A DNA stretch of 42,234 nt from Alphaproteobacteria bacterium (GCA_018969935.1 JAGWXJ010000002.1:1-42234), one strand, 5' to 3'. Counted from the stretch's first letter, positions 15,299 to 24,417 are shown. The notes: generated from the letters alone by a model not told the origin. Translations and numbers: made by a program.

Positions 15299-16273
15299 CT
15301 AGATAACGCCAGCCTGCATACAGGCCTGAAGCCGGATGAGCCCGAACAGTTTGCCGCCATCCATCACAAGCAGGCTTGTGATGGGTTGCTTGAAGCCTTT
15401 GAGCATCATGTCTACGGCCTCGGCCGCCAGTGCATCCGGTGAAACGGATTTGGGATTGGCTGTCAGTATGTCGCCTGCCTTTTGCGTGAGCAGCGTTGGG
15501 GACATGTGGCGCTTCAAGTCACCATCCGTAATGATGCCTGCAACACCGCCCTTGCCGTCTTCCACGATGACGCAGCCGAGGTTTTTCTCGGTCATCACCA
15601 GCAGCGCCTTATCCATCGTGGTTTCGGGTTTGACGAGGGGGAGTTTGTCCATCCCGTCCATAAGGTCGGCCACTTTTTTGAGGCGCTGGCCCAGCTTGCC
15701 GCCCGGATGCAGCATCCGGAATTGTTCCGTGGTGAGGCCCTTGCGGTGCAAAAGCGCGATGGCCAGCGCATCACCAAGGGCCATGGTTGTCGTGGTGGAT
15801 GTTGTTGGTGCAAGGCCATTCGGGCAGGCCTCGGGCGCGTTCGGGATAAGCAGTACGATATCGGAATGTTGTGCGAGCGTGGAGGCAGGGCGCGAGGTGA
15901 TGGCCACCAGCGGAATGCCGAAGCGGCGCGTGTAGGCGACGATATCCGATAGTTCAGGGGCCTCGCCCGAATTGGACATGGCGATAACGGCATCCTTGTC
16001 GGTGATCATGCCGAGATCGCCATGGCTGGCCTCGCCCGGGTGGACGTATTGTGCGGGTGTGCCGGTGGAAGCCAGTGTGGCCGCTATCTTGCGGGCCACG
16101 TGGCCGCTTTTGCCCATGCCTGTGACGATAACGCGGCCTTGCGCGCGGCTTACTTTTTCGAGCGCGTCAACGGCGTGTGCGAAGCGTGCATCAAGGCTAT
16201 CGGCCAGCGCGGTCAGCCCATCACGTTCGATGAGGATGGTTTCGCGGGCGGTTGCAAGGGCGTCTTTGTTCAT
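15299..16273 (-). CDS. kpsF: KpsF/GutQ-family arabinose-5-phosphate isomerase (SIS + 2 CBS domains)
   Basis: GRVIVTGMGKSGHVARKIAATL, VIAMSNSGE, and C-terminal CBS repeats. Confidence 0.92.
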   Translation of the reverse strand: MNKDALATARETILIERDGLTALADSLDARFAHAVDALEKVSRAQGRVIVTGMGKSGHVARKIAATLASTGTPAQYVHPGEASHGDLGMITDKDAVIAMSNSGEAPELSDIVAYTRRFGIPLVAITSRPASTLAQHSDIVLLIPNAPEACPNGLAPTTSTTTTMALGDALAIALLHRKGLTTEQFRMLHPGGKLGQRLKKVADLMDGMDKLPLVKPETTMDKALLVMTEKNLGCVIVEDGKGGVAGIITDGDLKRHMSPTLLTQKAGDILTANPKSVSPDALAAEAVDMMLKGFKQPITSLLVMDGGKLFGLIRLQACMQAGVI

Positions 16274-16275
16274 GA

Positions 16276-16890
16276 TCAGTGCTCGAAGATATCGGGGTCT
16301 TCCCAGCCCAGAAGGTCCAGTTCGGCGCGGGCGGGGAGGAAGTCATAGCATTCCTGCGCAAGGCCGTCGCGGCCTTCGCGCACCAGAAGCGCATCCAGTT
16401 TTGCCTTCAGCTGGTGGAGGTACAGTACATCGTTTGCGGCGTAGCTTTGCTGTTCGTCGGAGAGGGTGGCCTGGCCCCAGTCGGATGTCTGTTGCTGTTT
16501 GTTGAGTTCGACGCCCAGCAGTTCCTTGCACAGGTCCTTGAGGCCGTTGCGTTCGGTGTAGGTGCGGGTCATTTTTGCGGCGATTTTGGTGCAGTAGACA
16601 GGCGCGCAGCGCACACCGAGATATTTGTACATGACCGCGATATCAAAGCGCGCGAAGTGGAAAATTTTGAGGACCTTTTTGTTTTTCAGCAGGGCCTTGA
16701 GGTTTTTGGCTTTGGAAAAACCGTCGGCTTCCAGCTTTACAAGATGGGCGTTGCCATCGCCACCCGAGAGCTGTACGAGGCACAGGCGGTCACGGTGCGG
16801 GTTGAGGCCCAATGTTTCCGTATCAATGGCCACTGTGGGGCCGAGGTCCAGATTATCGGGCAGGTCGCCATTATAGAGATAGACGGTCAT
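16276..16890 (-). CDS. rnd: Short RNase D-type 3'-5' exonuclease (DEDDy)
   Basis: VAIDTETLGL, FHFARFDI and YAANDVLYLHQL exonuclease motifs. ATG 16890 (MTVYLYNGDLP) with an AAGGAAAG SD is preferred over the track's upstream start. Confidence 0.85.
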   Translation of the reverse strand: MTVYLYNGDLPDNLDLGPTVAIDTETLGLNPHRDRLCLVQLSGGDGNAHLVKLEADGFSKAKNLKALLKNKKVLKIFHFARFDIAVMYKYLGVRCAPVYCTKIAAKMTRTYTERNGLKDLCKELLGVELNKQQQTSDWGQATLSDEQQSYAANDVLYLHQLKAKLDALLVREGRDGLAQECYDFLPARAELDLLGWEDPDIFEH

Positions 16891-16986
16891 ATCGCTTTCC
16901 TTGTCAGTCCGAGGCGGCAGTCTAGCCGACCGATAGCCCCGCGCCAAGGCCGCGGGTGCTAAGTTGCTGATTTTACGGGGGATAGA

Positions 16987-17071
16987 TGGTGCCCAAAAGA
17001 GGACTCGAACCTCCACGTCGTTAAACACACGTACCTGAAACGTGCGCGTCTACCAATTCCGCCATTTGGGC
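16987..17071 (-). tRNA. tRNA-Leu (anticodon CAG), class II with a long variable arm, CCA encoded
   Basis: The minus strand reads GCCCAAA-UG-GCG..CGC-G-CACGU-UUCAGGU-ACGUG-(13-nt variable arm)-GGAGG-UUCGAGU-CCUCU-UUUGGGC-A-CCA. I folded the cloverleaf by hand; it is 85 nt. Confidence 0.9.
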
Positions 17072-17175
17072 AACGAAAAAAGTCCTGTTTCCTTAACCCG
17101 CATTGTCAGGCTTGTCAAATGGCTGTTAAAATGTGCGCCGAATAAAAAGATTCTATCCCTAGATATAGGCCCAAT

Positions 17176-17991
17176 ATGAAAGTCCTAGTTATTGACCGCG
17201 ACCGCGATGCCTGCGAGCAGCTCCAGACGACACTGGAGGCCGCGAAGATTGAAGTCACGTTCGAGCCCACAAAGAACAACGCCATAGAACTGGCTAAAAA
17301 AGGCGCTTTTGACGTTATCATCATTGATCCTGCACCGGCCAATGAAATGCGCTCTTTCATTATGGGTGTGCGCCGTAGCACCAATTCCTTCCCGCCCATT
17401 CTGGTCACATCGCATACGTTTGCGGCGGCCGATGTGGCCAAGGCGGGCGGTAACGAATTCATCAAAAAGCCCATCGACAAGGACGAGCTGCTTAAAAAAA
17501 TCCAGAATGCGGCCCGCATAACCGAGGCCTCACGCCTCATGGCCGACGAGAGCGAGGATTTTCCGAGCAAGGAAGGGCTGATTGCCAAATCGGCATTCAA
17601 CCAGCTTTTCATCACGTGCCTTGACCGCGCGGACAGGCACGGCGAAAAATCATTCCTGATTTTCGTATCGGTCGATAACCTTTCGCAAATTGCCGTGCAA
17701 GACGGGCAGGAGCAGGCCGATAAAGTGGCCAACAACCTGCGCAGGACCATTAGCCGTACGCGCCGTACGTCCGATATTGCGGGGCACATCAAGAAGGCGG
17801 AATTCTGCCTTTTGCTGTTGCGTCCGGGGCGTGAGGACGAACCTTTCCTTGCCGCGAACCGTTTTGCGGAGTCGCTTAAAGAAAATATCGACCTCATTGC
17901 TACATCGCCTACCAAAGCGATTCTGAAAGTATGGCTTCTGGCCATTCCTTCCGGTGAAATCCCTGTCGAGCACGTGGTGCAGGCCCCGTGA
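17176..17991 (+). CDS. Response regulator: intact receiver + degenerate GGDEF-like output domain
   Basis: REC motifs are present (VIDRD, DVIIIDPAP, LVTSH, IKKPI). The C-terminal domain is colinear with GGDEF (FVSVDNLSQI.., ..SDIAGHIKKAEFCLLLL), but the GG(D/E)EF motif reads KKAEF. Confidence 0.8.
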   Translation: MKVLVIDRDRDACEQLQTTLEAAKIEVTFEPTKNNAIELAKKGAFDVIIIDPAPANEMRSFIMGVRRSTNSFPPILVTSHTFAAADVAKAGGNEFIKKPIDKDELLKKIQNAARITEASRLMADESEDFPSKEGLIAKSAFNQLFITCLDRADRHGEKSFLIFVSVDNLSQIAVQDGQEQADKVANNLRRTISRTRRTSDIAGHIKKAEFCLLLLRPGREDEPFLAANRFAESLKENIDLIATSPTKAILKVWLLAIPSGEIPVEHVVQAP

Positions 17992-19352
17992 GCGCGGGGT
18001 TACCACAGGATCCTGATTTATCCGTCCGGCAGCGGTTGCTTGATATTGCGAAAACGTGCGGGGCGGACAGAGCCGATGTCATCGTGTCACGTTCCCGCAG
18101 CCTTGATGTCAGCGTGCGCCAAGGCGCCATAGAAGATGCCAGCCGATCGGAAAATTTTGGAATCGGCCTTCGTGTTTTTTCCGGCGCATCCCATGCGTAT
18201 GGGTCTACGGCTGATTCCAGCAATGAGGGCCTCGAGCTTTTGGCGCGGCAGGTCTGCGCCATGGCAAAAGCCGTACCAGAGGATACGTACACACGCCTTG
18301 CAACCCCCAAAGAATTCGCAAAAGATTTTATTTTGCCCGACCTGTTTGATGACGCACCCTCATGGGACGTCAAAGAGCTGGGCCGTTTGGCGAGTGTGGC
18401 GGAGTCTGCCGCGATTTCGCAAAAAGGTATTACGCAATGCGATTCATCGAGTGCGGGGCAGGCCATGCACTGGATCGGGCTTTCCACCAGCGAGGGATTT
18501 TCGGGCGGGTATGCCAGTACCAGTTCCTATATTGGGCTGAGTGTCATTGCAGGCAAAGACGACGGGATGGAAACGGATTCCGCATCAGCCAGTGCCGTAT
18601 ACATGTCTGACCTTGAAGATGCCGAGGTGGTGGGTTTGCGCGCCGCTACGCGTACGCTTCAGAAACTCGGTCCGCGTACGGGTAAAAAAGGCGCGTTTCC
18701 AGTTATTTTCGAGAGGCGGGTTGCGGGCAGTCTGCTCCGCTCCTTTTCACGTAGTATTTCAGGGCCTAGGCTTGCGAAGGGTACCAGTTTTCTTAACGGC
18801 AAGGCAGGCGAGAGCGTTTTTTCGAAGGCCATCACCATTATTGATGATCCGCTGGTGCCAAGGGGGCGCAGATCCGTACCTTTTGACGGGGAAGGCATGC
18901 CCGTGCAGCGCCTTGCCATGGTATCGGGCGGTGTGCTCAACCATTGTTACCTTGATTTAAGATCGGCGGCCCGCCTTGGTTTGAAGGCGATGGGGCATGC
19001 ATCACGCGGGCTATCATCGCCGCCTTCGCCTTCTCCCTCCAACCTCTGGATCGAGGCAGGTACGGTAAGCCTTGGTGATATGATACAAAACATCAAGCAG
19101 GGCTTTCTGGTGACCGACCTCATGGGGGCCAGCATTTCGCTTTCAACGGGTGATTATAGTCGCGGGGCTTCCGGCTTCTGGATTGAAAACGGCGAGATTG
19201 CATACCCCGTTTCGGAAATGACGATTGCGGGTAACCTCAAGGGTATGTTCCTCAATATGACGCCGGCTTCCGACCTTGAATTCAGGGAAGGCATAGATGC
19301 TCCGTCACTGCTTATCGAGGGAATGACGACCGCCTCACGCGAGGCTTGGTAA
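17988..19352 (+). CDS. pmbA: TldD/PmbA-family metalloprotease (PmbA-like)
   Basis: 454 aa. C-terminal GDYSRGASGFWIENGEIAYPV and LIEGMT are typical of PmbA/TldD. The GTG start overlaps the preceding stop (GTGA). Confidence 0.9.
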   Translation: MSAGLPQDPDLSVRQRLLDIAKTCGADRADVIVSRSRSLDVSVRQGAIEDASRSENFGIGLRVFSGASHAYGSTADSSNEGLELLARQVCAMAKAVPEDTYTRLATPKEFAKDFILPDLFDDAPSWDVKELGRLASVAESAAISQKGITQCDSSSAGQAMHWIGLSTSEGFSGGYASTSSYIGLSVIAGKDDGMETDSASASAVYMSDLEDAEVVGLRAATRTLQKLGPRTGKKGAFPVIFERRVAGSLLRSFSRSISGPRLAKGTSFLNGKAGESVFSKAITIIDDPLVPRGRRSVPFDGEGMPVQRLAMVSGGVLNHCYLDLRSAARLGLKAMGHASRGLSSPPSPSPSNLWIEAGTVSLGDMIQNIKQGFLVTDLMGASISLSTGDYSRGASGFWIENGEIAYPVSEMTIAGNLKGMFLNMTPASDLEFREGIDAPSLLIEGMTTASREAW

Positions 19353-19373
19353 TCGCATCGAATAACGCTAAAC

Positions 19374-19382
19374 TGTGGATAA
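19374..19382 (-). promoter_or_regulatory. Perfect DnaA box (TTATCCACA on the minus strand)
   Basis: TGTGGATAA read directly in the 53-nt pmbA-wza spacer, 24 nt upstream of the wza-like ATG. Function is not established. Confidence 0.35.
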
Positions 19383-19405
19383 CTTTTCACAGTTCTTTCA
19401 GCCTT

Positions 19406-19990
19406 ATGCCAAGATTTATCCACTTATCGGCACTTTTGTCCGTATTCTGCGCGTATCTCGTCCTGACGGGATGCGGGATGGATACGACACAGGAGAGGCC
19501 TGCTCATTCCTCCATACCTTCACCGGCCGTTGTACAAGCATCGGCGGGGATGGTTGGGCCCGGCGATATCCTTGAAATCACTGTCGAGGGTGAAAGCGAA
19601 CTTACGGGTACCTACACAGTGGCGCCTGATGGCAGCGTTACGATGCCGCTTGTGCAGGCGGTATCGGTGAGTGGCGGTACAGCGCAGGATGCGGCCAATG
19701 CCATTACCAACGCGTACTCGCAAGGGTTTCTGGTGTCACCGCGTGTGCGCGTTGATATCAAGCAGGCATCATCCGTTTATGTGATGGGCGCTGTCATGCG
19801 CCCGGGCAGTTACCCGTGGCAAGACGGCCTGACAGTCATGAAGACAGGGGCGCTTGCGGGCGGTTTCAAGGAAGGGGCTGACCTTGCGACCTTCGGGCTT
19901 ATCAGGGGCGGGCAGGAAACAACTGCCGATGCCACAACCCTTGCCATGCCATCCGATGTCATCGTTATCAAGGAAAGGGGTGCGCCGTGA
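19406..19990 (+). CDS. Polysaccharide export outer-membrane lipoprotein (Wza/GumB-like; Poly_export + SLBB)
   Basis: Lipobox LVLTGC. GDILEITV..L.G.Y.V..DG....PL.. is the Poly_export motif and VYVMGAVMRPGSYPW is SLBB. I prefer ATG 19406. Confidence 0.85.
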   Translation: MPRFIHLSALLSVFCAYLVLTGCGMDTTQERPAHSSIPSPAVVQASAGMVGPGDILEITVEGESELTGTYTVAPDGSVTMPLVQAVSVSGGTAQDAANAITNAYSQGFLVSPRVRVDIKQASSVYVMGAVMRPGSYPWQDGLTVMKTGALAGGFKEGADLATFGLIRGGQETTADATTLAMPSDVIVIKERGAP

Positions 19991-22050
19991 TTGCCGAACC
20001 ACGCACCTATAACGGGGCGCCTTTGCGTAAGTGTACGCATGTATCGGGCCGCGATTTCCTTACCCTTTTGCGCTTTGTCATGCGCCATAAATGGTTGCCG
20101 TTTGCAGGGATGGCATTAGGGTTTGGTGCTGGCCTTGCCGCATTGGCCTTGATGCCGCCACTTTATAGCGCATCAACACGCGTGATGGTGGAGAGGGATG
20201 CGCTGCGCACGGAAGCGCAGATTGTGGAATCCACACCAGTGTTTGAAAAGGTTGCAGGCACGCTTGGTTTGTACCGTGACCCACGCTTTGCAAAGGAAAG
20301 CGTATTCGAAAAAATCATGCAAAGCGGTGACGAGGAAAACGCGCTGCGCGAGCGCGTGATTGGCCGGCTTGAAAAGATAGTGAGTGTACGTGCGCTGGAA
20401 GGCACGGGAATCCTTGATATTACGGTGCGTTTTTCCAACCCAGAGAGGGCTGCGCAAATTGCCAATGTCGTGCTGTCGGCCTACCGCGAGCGCAAGATGG
20501 ACGAGCGCTTCGAGCAGTCACGTGAAATCAGCGCATGGATGGGCAAGCACCTTGAAAGCGTGCGCAAGCAAGCCGATGACGCGCAAAAACGCCTGCAGGA
20601 TTACCAAATAAAATACGGGATTGCCACGGATAGCGATACAGGCGCACGCGGCCAAATCCAGATTTTACAAAGCCAGATTGAAGCAGGGGAGGTTGCGATT
20701 GCGGCCCTGAAGGCCAAGCTTGCCGGTATGCCGGAGCCACAGGCAAAAGCCGTGAGCCCAGCCCTGAAGACGGAAGAAGCGGCTATCAAAAAGCAGATCC
20801 AGATACAGGGGCAGCGTTACGGCGACAAACACCCCAAGATGATTGCTTTGAATGCGGCCCTCCAAAGCGTGCGGGCAAAACTATCCCGCAAGACAATGGA
20901 CCCGCGTAAAGCGATAAGCGCTGAGATAGCTGATACGGAAGATAAGCTTGGCAGGATGCGCACCGAGCTTGAGGCTATCAGCAAATCCGCATCCGAGGGG
21001 AGCAAGGTCCAGTATGAGCTTACCGCCCTTCAATCCGAGGCGGCTGCAAACATGCGCCTTTACGAGAACATGCTGGTCAAATACCAGAACGTTGTTGCCG
21101 ATGCCGACCTTCAGGACCAAGGGTTGAAGATTGTCAGCATGGCGACCATCCCGTCCAGCCCTGACCAGCAAAACCGCCTCAGCTTGCTGTTGGGATTGGG
21201 GATTACCGGATTTTTGATTGGTGCGCTTGTTGTGTTTATCCGCGCGTTTTTCAATACAGGTTTTACAAATGCGGCGCAGCTTGAGGGGATGACGGGCTAC
21301 CCCGTATTCGCGGCCGTACCTGATGCCGCAATGAAAGGCGTAGCCATACACCATACCGTTATAGAGAAGCCTGCGGCTATCCTTGCGGAATCGCTGCGTT
21401 CCTTACGTGTGGCTTTACGTTTGCGCAGCGATAACACCATCAGGGGGCCGCGTGTTGTATCGGTAACGTCCACCCTCCCTAATGAGGGCAAAACATCGCT
21501 TGCCGTGATGCTGGCCATGATTGCCGCCAAATCAGGCGAGCGTGTTTGCATTGTGGATTGTGATTTGCGCAGGCCCAGCCTGCACAAGGCCTTCGGTATA
21601 GGCAATGCGCGCGGCTTGCAGGACTATCTGAACGGTGATTCCAGTGTCGAGGATGTGATTTACCGTCGTGATAGCTCAGGCGTACACATGATAACGGCCA
21701 AGGCTGCGCCTACTTATTCCCTTACCCTTCTTACATCGGGCCGTATGGAATTGCTGATACAGGATCTGCGTGACCGGTATGACTTTATTGTACTGGATGC
21801 GCCATCATCACTGGCTTTTGCAGATGCGCGCGTGCTTGCGAAGATGGTTGACCAGACGATGTACGTTGTATCCTGGAACCGTACGCGCCGCGAGGGCGTG
21901 CTTACCAGCCTCAAGGCCTATGCCGATATGGGGTATGAAAACCTTGCGCTTGTGCTTAACAAAGTGGATTTGCGCGAGTACTTGCGTGAAAGTGCCTCGG
22001 CTGTTGTGTACCAATACGGGCATGAAGAAACGCCATTAGCCGCAACTTGA
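19987..22050 (+). CDS. Polysaccharide co-polymerase / tyrosine autokinase (Wzc/GumC family)
   Basis: 687 aa. Two TM segments flank a long coiled-coil periplasmic region. The C-terminal kinase has Walker A LPNEGKTS, A' VCIVDCDLRRP, B FIVLDAPS, and a short terminal Tyr-containing tail (VVYQYG). GTGA overlap with wza. Confidence 0.88.
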   Translation: MIAEPRTYNGAPLRKCTHVSGRDFLTLLRFVMRHKWLPFAGMALGFGAGLAALALMPPLYSASTRVMVERDALRTEAQIVESTPVFEKVAGTLGLYRDPRFAKESVFEKIMQSGDEENALRERVIGRLEKIVSVRALEGTGILDITVRFSNPERAAQIANVVLSAYRERKMDERFEQSREISAWMGKHLESVRKQADDAQKRLQDYQIKYGIATDSDTGARGQIQILQSQIEAGEVAIAALKAKLAGMPEPQAKAVSPALKTEEAAIKKQIQIQGQRYGDKHPKMIALNAALQSVRAKLSRKTMDPRKAISAEIADTEDKLGRMRTELEAISKSASEGSKVQYELTALQSEAAANMRLYENMLVKYQNVVADADLQDQGLKIVSMATIPSSPDQQNRLSLLLGLGITGFLIGALVVFIRAFFNTGFTNAAQLEGMTGYPVFAAVPDAAMKGVAIHHTVIEKPAAILAESLRSLRVALRLRSDNTIRGPRVVSVTSTLPNEGKTSLAVMLAMIAAKSGERVCIVDCDLRRPSLHKAFGIGNARGLQDYLNGDSSVEDVIYRRDSSGVHMITAKAAPTYSLTLLTSGRMELLIQDLRDRYDFIVLDAPSSLAFADARVLAKMVDQTMYVVSWNRTRREGVLTSLKAYADMGYENLALVLNKVDLREYLRESASAVVYQYGHEETPLAAT

Positions 22051-22104
22051 CAAATTGAGATGATTTCAGCAATATAGGTATATCTTCCTACCAGAGTTGT
22101 GTCC

Positions 22105-22132
22105 GCCGTCTGCCTTGCAGGCGGCTTTTTTT
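22105..22132 (+). terminator. Rho-independent terminator (also lies in the leader of the next gene)
   Basis: GCCGUCUG (22105-22112) pairs with CAGGCGGC (22118-22125) across a 5-nt loop with one G-U pair, followed by TTTTTTT (22126-22132). Confidence 0.65.
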
Positions 22133-22155
22133 ATTGTTTTCAGAAGGAGTTAGCT

Positions 22156-22494
22156 ATGACCACCATGCCCGTTGATAACGACAAATACCCTATCCCCGCG
22201 TTGCGCCTTAAAGTGACAGGCGGCGCCCATACCATCGCGGCTACGGCCACCACGGCGCGCAACAGCACGGCTTTCAGCAGCAACACGCGTGTTGTTTCTG
22301 TTTATGCCACGGGTGCTGTATATCTGCGTTTTGGTGATTCAACCGTAACGGCGACAAGCGCCGACCATTATTTCCCTGCCGGTGTTTATTATGATTTTGC
22401 CATCGGTGGCGGAAAGGTTGGGCAGCTTACAAACCTTGCCGTTTTGCGCGCCGATGCAAGCGACTGCACGGTTTATGTGTCGGAGAAACAGTAA
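22156..22494 (+). CDS. Hypothetical 112-aa protein (orphan)
   Basis: ATG 22156 is preceded by GAAGGAG at the right spacing. The sequence is beta-rich and Thr/Ala-rich (..VYLRFGDSTVTATSADHYFPAGVYYDF..). No family recognised. The track's upstream GTG would run through the terminator. Confidence 0.55.
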   Translation: MTTMPVDNDKYPIPALRLKVTGGAHTIAATATTARNSTAFSSNTRVVSVYATGAVYLRFGDSTVTATSADHYFPAGVYYDFAIGGGKVGQLTNLAVLRADASDCTVYVSEKQ

Positions 22495-23094
22495 TCAGCT
22501 TTTGACGGCGGTGCGTGAGCGCAGCGCCGTCGAGAGCGTGCCGTCGTCCAGATAATCCAGCTCGCCGCCCATGGGCATACCATGCGCCAGACGCGATATA
22601 CGTACACCCGTGGCGGCCAGCTTATCCGTGAGGTAGTGGGCGGTTGTCTGGCCATCGACCGTGGCGGCGAGGGCGAGCACCACTTCCTCCGTGCCTTCGG
22701 TTGTAATGCGTGAAAGAAGTTCGTTGATGCGCAGATCATCGGGGCGGACGCCATCGATTGCAGACAGCACGCCGCCCAACGCATGATAAACGCCATCGAA
22801 AGCGCGTGTGCGTTCAACGGCCCAGATATCCGATATGCCTTCGACCACGCAGATGATTTTGTGGTTGCGACGGGGCTCGCTGCAAATCGCGCAGGGGTCT
22901 TGGGAATCAAGGTTGCCGCAGCGTGTGCATGTTTTGACGGATGCGTAGGTTTTATCGAGCTGCAACATCAGCGGCTTCATCACGGTTTCGCGGTCCTCGA
23001 GCAAGCAGAGCGCTAAGCGGCGGGCCGAGCGCGGGCCAACGCCCGGCAGGCGTGCAAGCATACGAATGAGATCGTTGATATCGGGGCTGCTCAT
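22495..23094 (-). CDS. recR: Recombination protein RecR
   Basis: LARLPGVGPRSARRLA (HhH), the zinc finger CTRCGN..CAIC, and the Toprim region. ATG 23094 forms an ATGA overlap with the upstream gene's stop. Confidence 0.93.
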   Translation of the reverse strand: MSSPDINDLIRMLARLPGVGPRSARRLALCLLEDRETVMKPLMLQLDKTYASVKTCTRCGNLDSQDPCAICSEPRRNHKIICVVEGISDIWAVERTRAFDGVYHALGGVLSAIDGVRPDDLRINELLSRITTEGTEEVVLALAATVDGQTTAHYLTDKLAATGVRISRLAHGMPMGGELDYLDDGTLSTALRSRTAVKS

Positions 23095-23765
23095 GGTTTT
23101 GGTGTTGTCCAATCATCGTGGAATATGCGCGCGGGATCAGCCTCGCGGGTATGTAAAACGTTGCGCATCGCTTCAATCATCTGGCTGGGGCCGCTGAGAT
23201 ATACCGCGTGGTTTTTGAAACTGTTTTCGAAACGGGATAAAAGCTTGTCGGGTGTTTCGTCGCCGAAGGCTTCGTGGAGTGTGACCTCACCTGTGGAAAG
23301 CAAGGCTTCGAGTTCAGGCCTGCAGTATATATCGGCGGGTGTACGTGCGCCGTACAGGAGGGTTATGCCTTCATCGGTAATGCCATGGCGCATGATTTCC
23401 TGCATCATGGCGAGAAGCGGGCTAATGCCTGTACCGCCTGCCACCATGAGTACGGGGCGGCCGCGTGCGTGTTCGATATCCATGGTGCCGAAGGGGCCGT
23501 GTATTTCCACTTCCGCACCTCTTGGCAGGGCCGCGAGGTAATTGCTGAGGCCACTTCCAAAATCACGGATGTGAAGGACAATCTTGCCGCTGTTTTGCGG
23601 GCGGTTTGCGATGGAATAGGCGCGGGCATCAAAGCCGCCGCCTGAAAGCCTTACAAACTGGCCTGCCCTGTAACGCAGTGGCGTTTCAGGCTGTAAGGCA
23701 ATGACCCGGACCCCGCCTGCGCGGTCATCAATTTCGGTTATGACGGCTTTTGTTACCAGTTCCAT
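23091..23765 (-). CDS. FNR-family FAD/NAD(P)-binding oxidoreductase
   Basis: 224 aa. RAYS (the RxYS FAD motif) and VAGGTGISP (NAD(P) motif). Confidence 0.85.
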   Translation of the reverse strand: MELVTKAVITEIDDRAGGVRVIALQPETPLRYRAGQFVRLSGGGFDARAYSIANRPQNSGKIVLHIRDFGSGLSNYLAALPRGAEVEIHGPFGTMDIEHARGRPVLMVAGGTGISPLLAMMQEIMRHGITDEGITLLYGARTPADIYCRPELEALLSTGEVTLHEAFGDETPDKLLSRFENSFKNHAVYLSGPSQMIEAMRNVLHTREADPARIFHDDWTTPKP

Positions 23766-23775
23766 TGGAACGATA

Positions 23776-24375
23776 TTAATCGTTCAGGCGGCTGCGGCCA
23801 GAGGGATCTTTATAGACAAACAAGGCTGGCGCCACCGGCACACCCAGTTTGAGATTGGCCAATGTGATTTCAGTTGCGAGGCCCTGACCATCGATAATCT
23901 TCCATGACTTGAGAGCAAACGGTTCCTCCGTGAAGCGGAGGTCCACTTGCCCTGCCGAAGGATCAGCCGTTTGTGCCACCGTAATGTGCACGAGGCCGTT
24001 TTTGGTGCGGACGTTCAGCACCTTCAGATCACCCTCCAGCGATGCATTTTTGCGCAGAAGGAAATCGGCGAGTGTTGTTCCTGTGGGGGCCGTTGATGTC
24101 TGGTTTTGGGTGGCATCATAGAAATGGAGGAATACGCCATCGGCTACGATGAAATCCTTGACCGGAGGGTCATATTCAAAGCGCAGGCGACCCGGGCGGC
24201 TGATGTAGAAATTGCCTGTGAGGCGTGTGCCGTCATACCCAAGCTGTTCAAAGCGGGCCTGCCCCGTTTTGAGGGCGCCGAGCCATTGTTCGGCCTTTAT
24301 CACGCGCGCGTCTTTTGCGAAGGCCGCCGCGGGGAGAAAGAGTGCAAAAATAAGGATGAGAGCCAGTTTTTTCAT
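23776..24375 (-). CDS. lolA: Outer-membrane lipoprotein carrier protein LolA
   Basis: 199 aa with a signal peptide. F.Q........G.....PG..R.EY is LolA-like. Linkage downstream of ftsK is conserved. Confidence 0.85.
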   Translation of the reverse strand: MKKLALILIFALFLPAAAFAKDARVIKAEQWLGALKTGQARFEQLGYDGTRLTGNFYISRPGRLRFEYDPPVKDFIVADGVFLHFYDATQNQTSTAPTGTTLADFLLRKNASLEGDLKVLNVRTKNGLVHITVAQTADPSAGQVDLRFTEEPFALKSWKIIDGQGLATEITLANLKLGVPVAPALFVYKDPSGRSRLND

Positions 24376-24417
24376 GCCCCCACGTTAGGGGGTAAACATG
24401 GCGGATGGAAGGCCTTT

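Noticed and set aside
16987-17175. tRNA-Leu as the integration site of a genomic island, with the neighbouring REC-GGDEF, pmbA and wza/wzc genes as cargo.
   Set aside because: There is no integrase, no direct repeat of the tRNA 3' end and no obvious compositional break. The flanking genes are ordinary chromosomal functions.
17115-17945. 276-aa minus-strand ORF opposite the REC-GGDEF-like gene.
   Set aside because: It is a shadow ORF with Ser/Arg/Ala-rich composition and no motifs, whereas the plus-strand frame has clear receiver-domain signatures.
19406-22050. The wza/wzc pair as part of an exopolysaccharide biosynthesis island.
   Set aside because: No glycosyltransferase, flippase, polymerase or phosphatase genes are adjacent, so only the export pair can be supported from this window.
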